DNA of 64,000 nucleotides from Trichoplax adhaerens. Lineage: Eukaryota > Animalia > Placozoa. This document shows, in pieces, positions 38,002 through 51,737 of the stretch; position 1 is the stretch's first letter, and each line of letters opens with the position of its first letter. The stretch spans positions 722,170-786,169 of the forward strand of contig NW_002060957.1 of NCBI RefSeq assembly GCF_000150275.1. Direction: 5' to 3'. The notes beneath the pieces were generated by a model, which saw only the letters and a program-made list of their open reading frames with translations, was not told where the DNA came from and made no database searches. The translations under genes were made by a program, and so were the position numbers.

Positions 38002-40329
38002 AATTATTCCTGTTCATTCTGTATTATTGAGTGCATTTATACTTTTATATTGATTATAATAATACTCGTTAAGTTAATGTAAATGCAATAAATATCTATG
38101 CGATTTGTTGGATTGCTCTTCCGTACTAAATGTATTGATATCGTTGAAGATAGTAAGTGAGGCTTTTAACCGTACGATAATTGCTAATCAGTTATCTCTT
38201 GAATTAGTAATTTTTGAATCATACTGATATTATCGATAGCAGTAAAGTAAAGCATTGTTTGAGATGTGAAGGAGGCGTTGATCACATTTGATTCACTGGT
38301 GTACCATAAGTATAGGCAACTACCAAAAGCCGAACAGGAACATCCTTCAATGTAAATGCACAATTTTTGGAAAAAAGTTTGACCGTAATTGATGTACAAT
38401 TTGTATCCCTAAATACAATATCCAGCTATGGAAAGCTAGAAATAAACTGTATTTTAAACTATTTACCTTTTATTCTAATTGATTAAATGCTAAGTTTATG
38501 TCCCTACGATACAATCGCATAGTACTTAAGTAGACGTGATCATATGCACCACCGTGCGCGTAGAAATTAATATTAGCAAGACGACCAGTAGAACTATCAC
38601 GATTTACATTTATGCATGTTTTGATTACCCACGTTACGTCCATGTTCCGTGTGAATATTGATCAATTACATCATGTCGTAATTCAAAACGATTCGAGATT
38701 ATTGGGGCAATACGATAATATCTCAAGTACTTTTATCAAATATCAACAGTCTTTTAAACCTAATAACACAGTTCTAACTATTAGAAAAGCAGGGATAGAA
38801 CTGGTAACAGCATAATAATTATAGTTAATCAATATAATAACCCACTTAAATATCTACCATACGCTGATTCATACATTTAAATAAAGTCCTGCACTCGATA
38901 AAGAAATGCTTATTAGAAGTTTTCCGTAAGAGATTATGGTTAAATTTCATTGCTTAATTAAACAGTTTATTTCGACATCATATATAAATGAAATAGTTTG
39001 CTTTATCAAGTTATATATGAATTTTCTCTTTAAGACAACACTACTGCCTGGCAATGACAACTAATTTACCATAATAATAAAAATAGTTGTTTAAAGGTTC
39101 ATTAAATTTATCGCACATATCATTTAAGTATTAGTAACTCCGTCGTAGTTCATTTAACTGTCAAACTATTTGTTTCTTCACAGATACGTTAATATCTTAG
39201 AATGGTGAATGTTGTCCGCATGAAAGGAAACTAAGAACGGAAAGTAGCTATGTTATAGCTCTAAACTAAAATATAACGTAGTACCTAAGGTGATATTGTC
39301 AATGTCTCCTGTGATAATGATCAAGGTTTATTTCTTTACTCAATACGCCTGTACAGTTGAATTAGGGTTATTTCTTCATAAATTATATATCAGTCAAATT
39401 TATATTAGAAACCACAACTATTTACGATGAATCACTATACATAGTCTTGCATAATTTCACCCATGATCGATTGCATCACGAATTACATAAAAAAAATCTT
39501 CAATTTTTAGAATTAGCTAGCAGTTATTGTTGTTAAAGCATGCCGCTATCGTACTGATTCTATCCCAGTATCTATAGTCGAGCTTTCTGAAGAGTGTACA
39601 TTATACTCCGCACGATTTCCAAATGCTGGTGTGTGACTAAATTAGTACGTAGGCAGTTTTATTCCTAGATTTGCTGCATATGCCCTATAAGTTACATGAT
39701 CCTTTAATTTATATGACATGATATGAACACGTTGCACACCATCAGTAAATTTCAAAACTCTTAAATTAATGACCCAATTACAAATAGATAGTTTTATTTT
39801 TTTTTTTTCAAGTGATTCTTAGACCTAATTATAATGAAATATGGCCACTTATATACTGTCCCATTTTATGCGGCATATAATAAATAATCAGAGAGATCGC
39901 CCACGTACGATATTAATGGACATAAATCAAGCTGATAAAACAGAAATATTTGGCAAGCTCTGGTAAGCTGATTCAATAATAATCTATTTTCAGAGGTACT
40001 TTTTTGGTTTAGATTATTCGTCACAAATTGAACGAGAAAACCTCAATCTTGCTTATTTTCGAAAATATTTTATTAGTAGCCAGGTAATGCATGTAAAAAT
40101 TTGACATTAAATTCGAAGAATAAAACACTTTTCAAGTTTAAACTATAGTTGTAGCCAGAAGAATAGGTAGTAGATGAGTAAAAAACGTACTCTACGCCGG
40201 ACATCAATGAAATCCTAACTATCGCTACATAAGCCTAGTATCAAAACTGTGCAGAAAATAGTTGCTCATTGAGTAAGTAAAGAGGAATATACCTGTGATA
40301 GCATTAATTTTACTAATATAGTAAATGTT

Positions 40330-40615
40330 AAGCTATTCCTTTACTTAATATCAGCTAAATGCTAAAATTGCTACTAAGATATATAATAGCTCGGAATTAT
40401 GCCACATCAATTCTTTCTTTGGTTACGTTCTAACTTTGCAGGCAGTGGTTGCTTATTGATTGAATAGAGTAGAATTTACTTACTACGGCGTTGATTTTAT
40501 AACGATAGTAAAGGTAAGACGTTACTCTATCTAATATCAGCTAATTACTACGATTGCTACAAGATATGTAATAGTATAGCATTACTCCATATTAATTCTT
40601 CCTTCAGCTACGTTA
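40330..40615. repeat. Diverged duplication of the stop-codon/3'UTR segment of the adjacent membrane-protein gene
   Basis: taatatcagctaaatgctaaaattgctactaagatatataatag...aattctttctttggttacgtt (~40345-40429) parallels taatatcagctaattactacgattgctacaagatatgtaatag...aattcttccttcagctacgtt (~40532-40614). Confidence 0.7.
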
Positions 40616-43600
40616 TTGAGATCCTGGCTGCTAGTTACAGCTGCTTTTATACTAAAACCGGCAAGTACAATCGCACTTAGTGTGGTAATAGTAGTGAATG
40701 CGTAAATGAATCCGTAATATGTCGTAATAAGACTAGTCTGATAATTCTGGTCAGCCAAAAATTCATAAACACTCATTGCCATCGCCCAAAAACTACCAGC
40801 GCTATTGAAAACATTGAGCACAAAGTATGCATATTTCTACATTTTAAAACGAGAACAAAGATAGTTCAGAGTTTGAGAATGGATTCTTTTAAACAAATGT
40901 AATCAATGCAATGCCCCACTTACTGCTAGTTCGTTGCTAGTAGATTGGATATCGATTCCGTATCTAGCTCCTACATAAGCCTACAGAAATGTTATTAATA
41001 ATTAAATTATGATCAAGGTGTCAGGCAGTCCATGCAATTTATCAAACTAAAATGATTTTCAATCGCATGATGTATTGCAATCAGTCATCACTATCATTAT
41101 AAATTTACCATGACTGAAACAATTAAAACAGGAAACCCATATGTGGGATAATTCATGACTGCGATATTAAAGATTCCAATCCCACTGACTATGACAGCAG
41201 TGCTCAGCATGCCGGCACTAGTAGTGTCAGTAATAGGTGTATTCCTATAAGTTGGTGTTTTATTTCTGACATCATCGGCAGCTATCATAGTGATTAATGA
41301 GATAGTAAATCCAAGGATAGTAAAGATTGCTTGAGATAGAGTTAAAGCCGTAAAATCGCCTCTTCGCCAGCCCGAATTTATTAGATTGCCAGTGAAGAAA
41401 ACAAGAAGACGAACGATAGAAACAACAGAAGCGGCACCAATTCCGGCGGTATAAGTGGTAAAAATCTTATGCCATATGTTCTAAAGCAATAAATGAAGCC
41501 TTTAATTTTCGAAAGGAGAGTAAAATACACCTTTTTAACTGCTGCCTTTCAACTATCGAATAGAAAGGTAACTTTAAAATAAAATTAAGCTCACCAAATT
41601 ACGAACACGTTTTTTTTCAGTAATGATACCTAGGATTCCAGTAGCAAAAAGCTAACGCGCAATTTTTAAATTAGACAATAATTAATTAATTAAAAATAAA
41701 TAAATGTTACTAAGCAAATCAATACTACGGATTAGCAGAGTTTCTATTTAGGAGAAGAATAAAGTATTGGTTGATTGAATGCGACTAAATAGACGTATTA
41801 AGTATCACTGACCAGAGCTGCGTGAAGATTAGCTGTTACGACATGATATAAAGGCCAACGTTCCACAAATAGAGTGATCGATATTCCAAAAATGATCAGG
41901 CCACATGTCATCATCGTCCAGGATAAGGCAGATTTGTTAAAAGGAGTCTGAATCAGTAAATAACCATCCTCATCCGAATGAATACGATGAACTTGCTTGA
42001 CAATCACGTAGATAGAAATTATTTCTATTATAATTATGCCAAGTACTGCCAATGCCATAGGCACAAAAAAGGCTACCGGTGAATTATAATTGCTTAAAAT
42101 CAAGACTAGCACCATTCTTGTTAGTGTTGCAGGTGATATTCCAGCAGTTATTATCGCTACAGCTGTAAGAGCGCAAGCCTATATTAATGAATATAAAGTA
42201 GAGGAATCATCGCAGTAGATATTAGTTACAGATATCTATTACGGCATTTAACATAAACATCCAGATGAAGTTACTTGTCGAGCTGATGATGAGCAATAAA
42301 GTCTAAGTTTGCTTACCTCAGTCACAGTGGATGAGATGAAATCTTTAACTTTTAGTAAAAGAACGCCATGAGTAATAGCCTGTAAATTTGATTCATCAAA
42401 AAGAATACGAATAATTTTGAATAATCATTTGAACAAATCCGTCTCGAAAAGTTAGATTTTATCTGTATAAAATAAAGCTGAAATACTATCGTGGCTGAGG
42501 CCAAGAAAATATACCATAGTTTATTGGCTTAGTAATTTCGTTGCATAAAATTCGTTACTTTATTTTGCAGTAGCATGTTCCATACAGTATCGTGAAATTG
42601 TGACCAGATTATTATCAATTGTATTGTATTAGTAAACTATTTCGCTTCCTTAAATTCTGTGGTTATGTGATAATTTATCTTAACGAAAAATTCTGCATCG
42701 AATATTTTACTTTTCTATAAAACTAAACTGAAACAGCCACTACGCGTAGTAAATCTTTTTAAGAGTGTATATATCTTTATGATATTAGCCAATGGCCTTA
42801 TTACGAAGTGAATTATACATTGCAATCAAAACAAGACAACAGCTAGATAACTGAAGTTGAAATTCACTAATTCTAACATCATCTACGATGCCGTACTTAT
42901 CTGCAAAGATTAAAATTAGTTTCTATAGTATTATCTAAGTAACACACATTGATATTTATTCGGCGCCTTGAATCTTGCTAGTGTAAATTTATTTAACAGA
43001 ATTTATTCTGCTCTTGAACTCATGATTTGATAGTTATTTCAATATTCTATATACAGTATCCTATGCTATCTTCTTACTTCAGTATTATGTCTATAAACAT
43101 TACTAAAACTTTATAATTATCTGTTGTAGGTAAGCTAAAACCAGAGTGGCAGTTAACATGCGCTTGCTACCTTACTATTGATACAATATTTGCCTGATGA
43201 TTTGCACTAGTTATACAGCTGTAGTTACACCTGTCGAAGGTTTGGTTTAAAAGTATGATAGAAGTAGAAAGCCAAGTAGCATTCGGTAATGTGGCATCCT
43301 AAGAATTTGTTCTATCGAAAATTTTAAATTCTCATCTGTTAGACTGCTAATTATAAGGGTAAAAATCTTATTTTTACAGCATAGTTCATTTTATTTTAGA
43401 CTTAAAACTGTTGTATATTATACCGAATATTATTTTTCGAACTGAGAAGATTAGCAGCGAGTCAGTTCTACAATTTACGTATACTGTAGATGCCAATGAT
43501 CATTTTGTCTTAAACTGACAAACCTTGACGGTAATAAATAAAAACCAATCGTGCTGATTAAAATAAAGAATAAAAATCAACTTACAAAAAGTTCCATAAC

Positions 43601-43735
43601 CCCAAGATCAATCATCACTGTATTTTCATGGCTTCGTAACATAGATTGATTAAAAATGAAAGTGAGAAGGCCACTAACTATAACATCTGCAGCTGCTATA
43701 AAGAGGCAAATACCCATAACGCGTTGCGAACTCAT
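40582..43735 (-). CDS. Copy A: ~439-aa, ~12-TM protein of three tandem MS4A/CD20-like four-helix modules, 7 exons, intact
   Basis: Exons 43735-43586, 42379-42317 (63 nt), 42178-41813, 41651-41595 (57 nt), 41480-41109, 40980-40924 (57 nt), 40836-40582. All introns are GT-AG and phase 0; no internal stop. Twelve hydrophobic stretches. Motifs LFATGILGIITEKK, YGFPVLIVSVMAYVG and VLNVFNSAG. The gene model is well supported; the family call is inference. Confidence 0.8.
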
Positions 43736-44805
43736 CCTTTCTCCTAAAAGGTATCAGAAATTTTGGTAATGAGTTGAATATATTATTGAAATGATAAGAA
43801 AGAGAGAGTATAATATACTGTCAAACCTTAATTTGTGAGAACAGCGGTTTTATATTAATTTTTTACTTAAAGTGCGCACGATATTCACCAAATAAGTTGC
43901 AAATATCACTATCAGCTTTGACGGCAATAGCTTAGAAATAAACGGTAAATTAAAGTTGGTGTGGTCTTATAAATAATTATAATACGGTAATGTATAAACA
44001 GTGATTAACTATACCGGTATGTATTAAGTGATTGGCTATTATGTTGCCATAGCACTATAATTAATCCAATATGAGAATAAAGGATCTTAATTAGGCTAAA
44101 TAAAAGTTGCTGAATGGTAGACTTTTGTAGTATAGTCTTACTTTCAACTCTACAATATGATTTATTGTACTAAAGTAACTTTTAAGGCCAAGAATTTGAT
44201 TATACCTCGCATATTTTGTTACACTATTCGTTATTTTGCAATAAATTGCATAAACCCTTAAGAAAAGCAAATTAAACTCTCTTTTAATTTTCATCCTAAA
44301 TGCAGAAATCATTTTTATGTGACATAGAAAGCATCAACTAATGCCATTTCTTAAATAGAAGTATTTGACTATTAAGTCTTGTAGATGTGTAGTTTAGGTA
44401 AAATTTAGATAGATTTCGAAGTCTTTATTTCAGTATCTTAGAATACAGTGTCTTATATACTGTACAGTTCTTAAGTTCTTTTTAATTAATCTTCTTACTT
44501 GAAACGTCTTATTATAATCATAATTAAATCGTCATTAGAAATACTTTCCTAACTAAACAATCAATAAATCTAATATTGCGGAACTGTCTATTTAAGACGA
44601 TATTACTCCGTATAACTCTACGTCATAAATGGCCAAAATGTAGCAATCAATCCTCACTATTGTGAATGTAAGGTAAAACTATAAAGTTATTTCAAAATTT
44701 CTAGGCCATACTGCACTAAGTCTGGCATAACCTTCGAGATTGATATTGGAAGAAAATCTGTAAATCGATTTCTAGTAGCAATGAATCAACTTCTGCTGTT
44801 ATAGT

Positions 44806-45110
44806 CAATGATATTCTTTACAAGTATGCCGATAGGATGAAATTCCTCTTTCCACATTTAAATTTTTTGCGGTAGCAAAAAACAAATATTTTAATTTAAA
44901 ATCTTATGATGATTATGTTGTTATAAAATTTAGTAGATTAGCTTTAGTAAAGAGTCAATTCAGTTTTAATAGTAACGCTCAATGATATTCTTTATAGGTA
45001 TTTCGATAAAATGAAATTCTATTTTCCACAGTTAAATTTTCTACCGTAAAGAAAAGAGAAATTTTCATTTATAATCTTGTAATGATGGTATTGTTGTAAA
45101 AATGAGTACA
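44806..45110 (+). repeat. Diverged tandem duplication, ~174-bp period
   Basis: caatgatattcttta...gatgaaattc...ttccaca.ttaaatttt at 44806 and 44980. Confidence 0.8.
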
Positions 45111-45559
45111 CTAGTTTTAACGAATAATACAAGCCGCATAAGAATTAGTACATACGCATAAAATTGCGGAAAAATATCTTTATACTTAATCGTCAGTATC
45201 TAAATACTATCTAATGAGAAGATACTTATGAATTACTAGCTATGAATTATGCTAAAATATACAGTAAGTAATTACGCTGTACAAGCCCAATTTATCATTA
45301 TTTGTATGGTGAGTCATTTTTAGTAATCATTCGAGAGAATGGTATACAAATTGCCATTAATGCCAATCATTAAATTCAAAGCTCCACTAAAGAATCTTCT
45401 ATGTGCTGCATAAATTACTATAGATTGAAGATGGTCCATAAGCTAATTATGATTATTAGTTGATAAAAGTAGTCTGAACCGAATTACTTCGTTATTTATT
45501 AACAAGCATAAAAACGTTCGATAGAATGAATTAGTCAGTTCAATAGTATATAGTAATGT

Positions 45560-45900
45560 CTAACAAGTTAAGTGCGATTGCTGTAATTGGATTATAGTAA
45601 TTTTGTAAAATTCAGTAAGCAGAGCTACTAATAAGCTAATACATGCAATTAAATTTAAAAATAATCAAATTTCTAGCAAATATGAAGTGATTACTATAAT
45701 CAGATAATGCTTTTGTAAGACTATGGTAGACAGTACTACTCACAAGCTAATACAAATAAATTAAATTTTAAGATTGATTGAATTACGAGTAAGTTAGGAG
45801 TGATTGAAGTGATCGGGTAATACTACTATTGTAATATTATGGTGGATAGTACTCCTAACGAGCTAATACATGCAAATAAATATTTATAAAAATTAATAAA
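45560..45900 (+). repeat. Degenerate tandem repeat, about 3 copies of ~110 bp
   Basis: agctaataca(tgc/aat)aa.taaa core at ~45634, ~45745 and ~45861, each preceded by agtact/gctact. Confidence 0.65.
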
Positions 45901-48199
45901 TTAAAAGAAGGCCTTTAGTGAGTCAAGTAAAAGTAACACAGTTTTGATTTTAATTATTGATTATCATCAGTTAACCATTAACCTATTATTTCATAATGTG
46001 AAATGACGGATTTTATGCTTATTTGTGATACTATAGAAATATCGCTAACCTGAAAACTTCCAGTATATCCAAATTGCAAAATTTCGTTGATAGAGCGCAA
46101 CAACATTTAGAATCAGGTAATTCGGATACTCTATCTGACATAGATGTACTAGACTTTTTCTAGAAGGTTCGTCAGTCGATCTTAGTGAATTGCAACTGAA
46201 GCAGGCGATGAAGAAATAAAATTTGGGGATTCATGAGTATTAGGTACGATAAAAATAATAATAAATTTAAGGCATCAGTTTGTTATTAATCCCAAATCAC
46301 ACTTGGGCCCTCTATAAAATACGTTTGATTTTCACTGGCAATGTTTAGAAGTAGCAAGTCAACGTCGAAATCTAGAAAATATTGTACCTTTAAGAGTAAA
46401 AAACGAATATCACACCTGCCCAGGCACAAGCTCTGAATGCTCAGGTATAACATAAGATTATTACACACCTTAAACGGAAAGAAATGAATGTTGCTAAGAA
46501 TGAGCATGAATACACTAACGATGAAAAAAAATGAAAGACTTCCTGGATGGGTTCACTATAACTTTAGCCCAGCAACCACAAATAAATGAAAGTTGTATTA
46601 AACTTAAAATAGCTCAAGTAATCCTTAAGGAAGAGCGAAAATATCTTCAGAAAAAGCAACTACATATCTTAATTCAGATTATTTTAATCTGTAAATTAAT
46701 TAATAGGATGTTTCTAAGGGCATTTATGAGAACTATCTTATCGTTTCTATCAGCGGGTTGCATTAAACTATTTCTGTAGCGCAGATTTATTTCTTACAAC
46801 GAATAATAATACTTTTTAGCCTTGCCCTATATTCTTGCCGATTTGTTTAACTTATAAATACTGTCTTGTATCAAAGAGCAAGAAATCAGTTTTGAGATCA
46901 TCTTGCTTCATATCGCTATAAATTCGAATGCTATGTCACACTTATATTGATATTCTACTCTAACGCTCACTATATGTCTAGAAATAGTACGGATATTATA
47001 TATTATTTTTGTACACTTTCAGTCTTTACTTGGATTACTAGTGTACTTCTACATACAGAATAGATGTAATAGTATACTTCATATAATAAGTATTGTACTA
47101 TTATACAGAATAAAGTTAACATATCATTTTGATTAAACATTGTTAAGCTAATATGTACAAATGCGTTCAGGCATGGAAAAAATTACACAAGTAATTGTTG
47201 TATCAAGATAAATGATGCAATGATAGCGCTCTTAATATTTCAAAAGACTATCTTTACTAAAGAGGTTACGATCAAAATCCATAATCAGCCATTATGCATA
47301 GCCAAAGTCAAATAATTTAAGCGAAATTACCATATTTCGGACTTCGTCCGAATGAATCTATTACTCAAATCCTAACTTACGCATAACTTACAGGGAGGCG
47401 TAGAATTAAGCGGTAAAAGTTTCATTAATATAATATGGGTAAGTATTGAAATTATAACCTACTGCTACCTGTTGGTAGACCTACAGAAAGTATTTGCAGC
47501 GAAAATTTTACTAATACCGTAAAAAGAAGGATTTAAAATTGTACTTTATAAATTTCCTTAACAAACATATCGTGACTATTCGTACTACACAGGCAGGAAT
47601 TTTAGCCTTGAATTACTAATAAAAATAGTCACTACTCTACCTTGCACAAGTTAAACACTTCTGGTATATATCGTTATTGTATTATTATCATAATTTACAT
47701 TCTGTGACTAAGAAACGTAAAGTAAAAGTCTATAAGTAGATAATGACTTAAACGCTCTTTTACCAAATATTATACACGCACAGCAAAGTACCGTAAAGAT
47801 GGAACTTTTATTAGCATAGACAAATCTACAACTTTTACACAGAGCTCTACTCAAAATGTTCCCATTTATATTCTTACCATCTAACTTGTAAACAGCAGCA
47901 GTATTATTATTGTACCTTACTAAGAGTGATATCTGGAACTGAGACATTCCTTACATAGCTTTTCTATCATGAAATATTTTTAACCTCATACCCATATTTA
48001 ACCTTAACCTAAGTATACTTGCTAGTTCAACTATCACTAGCTAGAATTTGAATCATCGTATCACTATCTACACACAATAATAATCAATATCAAAAATGAA
48101 ATAAACTATTACAGATAATATCCACGTAAAGGTATTACTTATTTGTGTAGTACTACAGATACGGATATTTTCCATTTTAGCTACTACTGCGCTATTAAA

Positions 48200-48484
48200 C
48201 TATCCTAGCGTTGAGGTAACACCTAAACAATTACACCCTGGGGATACTCTATTGCTTAAGTTATCCACGTCTTTGCTACTTCGAATAGCTGCTTTAATAC
48301 TGAAATAGGCGACTGGAATTAAACTAAGAATAGTGATGCTACCAAAAGCATAACGGAAGAAGAAAAAGGTCTTGAGAAGGCTAGTTTGATAGGATGCATG
48401 AGCCAAGAATTCATAGACGCTCATGCTGATTGCCCATATACTGCCAAAACTATTGAAAACGCTGAGAACGTAGTATGGATATTT
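48200..48484 (-). CDS. Terminal exon of another family paralog (closest to copy A exon 7); upstream exons absent or hidden in the gap
   Basis: Acceptor tacag, then KYPYYVLSVFNSFGSIWAISMSVYEFLAHASYQTSL...AYFSIKAAIRSSKD, versus copy A KYAYFVLNVFNSAGSFWAMAMSVYEFLADQNYQTSL...GFSIKAAVTSSQD. Confidence 0.75.
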   Translation of the reverse strand, partial: KYPYYVLSVFNSFGSIWAISMSVYEFLAHASYQTSLLKTFFFFRYAFGSITILSLIPVAYFSIKAAIRSSKDVDNLSNRVSPGCNCLGVTSTLG

Positions 48485-48498
48485 CTGTATTGCAAACA

Positions 48499-48548
48499 NN
48501 NNNNNNNNNNNNNNNNNNNNNNNNNNNNNNNNNNNNNNNNNNNNNNNN
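48499..48548. other. Assembly gap (50 N)
   Basis: Run of N directly in the sequence. Confidence 1.
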
Positions 48549-49188
48549 TAAAGGTATAAGGCATTATTAGAAATTTATTATGTAGCAGTAATAAATATAG
48601 TATCATCTTACTTATAAAAATCTAAGTGGTTTCTTTAATTAGTCTTAGCCAAATCTAAATCTTATGAAAATAAACCACAGCGTTCAAAGTATCAGCTTAA
48701 ATAAAAATAAATCGTATCTTTTCGTTATTATTAGTCAGTCTAGGCCTGTTACAGGCCTAGTAGGTTACATAATTATCCAATGTAGACAAGGCTAGTAATG
48801 GAATTTTAAATAACCGAAATTTAGGCTTAAATCTACGGTACGAACTTTATATTTCTATAGAGAATGATTCATAAATTATCACTTTTCCCAAGTGTGTAAC
48901 TTTCACTATCCCAATTGTTACGCCCGTAATTTGAAGTTATCGTTACTTATCTCGTATACTATTCTGCGATATAATTGGTCATCTTACAGTGAAATGAAAA
49001 TCTACTTCGCTGCATAAGCCAAGGTCACACACTATTAGTTACTTCAATGACAATTATAATTCACGACAATTATATTTATCGCTGTCAAATTTTAGCTCGT
49101 AAAATTGCAACCGTTTTATATAGTTATATTAATAACATACACGTATACTCGCAAAGAGCGTTTCACTTTATGGAAAGATGTACGAGAA

Positions 49189-49775
49189 ATACGTCTTAGT
49201 TTCAAGCTTTGTCTAATTCCGGTATATATTTTTACATCCTACTTTCACGGTGCTATCTCACGATAGATTAGTTACCGATGTTTTGTAGTAAAGCTTTATT
49301 TAGATTACGAGATAGTTCTTATGGTACTTTACATACCTGGTGCCGTAATATGTGATTGTGACTAATTAGCATGAGATTGTATATTTTTATCGCAATCGTT
49401 CGGCGAATGAACATATTGCAATCTAACTGCCTTGCATTAATCATCAAATATCTATGACATTAAATTACACCGTTTTAATTAATTAGGTGTCTAAAATAAA
49501 TTTACTGCCGGATCTTATTTGTACTTATGATACATCTTTACTTCAAGCTTTATCTGATTCTCGATTATATTTTATAACCTACCGTCACGATTCTATCTCA
49601 CGGTAGTTAGTAATATTTAATGACATAACTTTATTTAGATTACGAGATAGCTCATACTTTGTACATCTCATGCTATAATATATGATTGTGACTAATTCAC
49701 ATTAGATTGCATATTGTATCTTGATGGTTGTGAAAGGATATATCATAATCTAACTGCCTTGCGTTAATCATTAAA
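49189..49775 (+). repeat. Diverged tandem duplication, ~335-bp period
   Basis: Shared blocks ttcaagcttt.tct, ctatctcacg.tag, ctttatttagattacgagatag, gattgtgactaatt and aatctaactgccttgc.ttaatca recur at ~49190-49448 and ~49530-49775. Confidence 0.85.
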
Positions 49776-50717
49776 GAGCAATAGCCTAATCTAAAGGAAG
49801 TTCGTTTGATAGTCTACTGAGATTAAAGTAAATTTAAAACTGTAGTAAATCTCTATACTTTGAGAAAGGAGCTATCGTAACATGTTAGAATCGTACTGTA
49901 ATGAATAATGTAAATCTTACCGTAACGTATAACTTTGTGTTGTAACAATCCAAAGTTATTCATAACGCCAAAGATTTGTACACGACAGCCAATTAATATT
50001 CATGACCACATTTGAGATTAATGACCTGCACTATCCCGTGTATCCCTTATCTATACGTATTACAGAGCATAAGGTCAGAAATATGTAGTATAAAATATGT
50101 TTCATTATGCGCAACAATTCTATAAAGAGTCGCTATAATTAGGTTTGCCTATCGCAATCGCATGTCGTGACAATTTGTTAGGCTTATTTTCGCATTAATG
50201 TGGTCAGTTCTTAATTAGATCGATATAATAAATGCTGATAAAGACACAAGTTTTACTTTTTAATGTTAGATACAGGGACTAGATTATTAATTTCTAAGAT
50301 TTTGATATAATTGTGCTATATCTAGGTAGTATAGCGTAACATTATAGTCATGAGGTATATATATGTTATGTAACCTATACACAAGTAATTTCATACAAAA
50401 ATAAATGAAAGCTGTCTTACTCAACAGTCTGCTAACGGCCCATCAGGTTATGGTATCTATTGTTATTATTGAATGAATAATATAGCTGCCACTAGTATTG
50501 ACCTATATTTGGCTGATGAAAAATTGACTTAGCTCATATATAATCAGGGTAATGTAACTGACAGCTCACTCTTATTGATGGAATGACGATTATTGTATTA
50601 TTGTTAACTTTAGACGAATAATACCAAATACTGTACAATAAGGTAAAAATATTATTAACAGTTACCGTAGTTGTATGATCAAGTAACTAAAAGCAAATTT
50701 TGCATTCTAGTAATAGT

Positions 50718-51737
50718 CTAAATTGCAAAAGATGCTATATTTTGGGCCTTACTTTGGCAATAGAAGCCTACTTTCTTATTCCAATTCTTGTCTATGTCAC
50801 AACACATTTGGTTTGTATAGCGGGCAAGGAGTTGAACGGTAGCAAACGTAAAAGCGATACCAATTCCGGTAGTAAAGGTAGTAAAAGTCTTTAGCCAACC
50901 ATTCTAAATTTTATGAATTGGCCGTTAGTGCTAAAATAGTGAAATAACACTGTAGTGTATTTCTCACTGTACTTCACATTACTAACCTACAATAAAGCAT
51001 AACTTTTATAAACCCTTTGTTGTAATAATCGTAAATGGCGACTAAATCTCAATCCTCTGAGATATCGAACCCTCCATCACAAACATGATAGTACTTTAAA
51101 AGGGATAGATTATAATGTAGTTAGGCTAACTAATCTGGTAGCTTGCTTTTTATGGGTAACTATACTAAGAATTCGAGTAGCAAAGAACTGAATATTTAAA
51201 ATAAAGTAAATAATGACTTTAAGTAGCAATTTATAACACAATGAAATTTGATTAAAATATAAATTTAAAGGCTGTTAATTTCCAACACTGTTAAAAAATG
51301 TTTATCATCTTCTATTTACCATAGCTGCATGAGAATTAGCTACGATGAGATGATAAAAAGGCCAATATATGAAATATATTGCAGTAGATATTCCAGAAAG
51401 GGTAAGACTTATAAATATCATCATACAAGATACAGTAACCCTACTGAATGGAGTTTGAAAGAGAATATAATTATTATCGCTCGAATGGATTCGCTGAAAT
51501 TGCTTGGTAGCGATGTAGATAGAGATGATTCCAACAGCAATTAAGGCAACTGCAGTAGATGATATAGAAATAAAAATTGGAGCCATAGGATAGTGCGTCC
51601 GATAAAAAACAGAAAACGAGCAGATTTTACAGTATATCTATTCATAATAAATCTTTATGAAGAGTTAGATGGTTCTCAAATATCTTAGCAGTAGTGATAT
51701 ATTCTTGCAAGAAGATTTGCAGATCCAGGTAGTAACC
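50718..51737 (-). pseudogene. Copy B: fragmentary paralog with exon 3-, 4- and 5-like segments only
   Basis: Exon-3-like segment ending 51320 (QRIHSSDNNYILFQTPF...WPFYHLIVANSHAAM) but interrupted upstream by a stop. 57-nt exon 51187-51131 (FFATRILSIVTHKKQATRL, both conserved Gly lost). Exon-5-like segment from 50903 diverges after ~30 codons and reaches TAG at 50720-50718. Confidence 0.65.
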
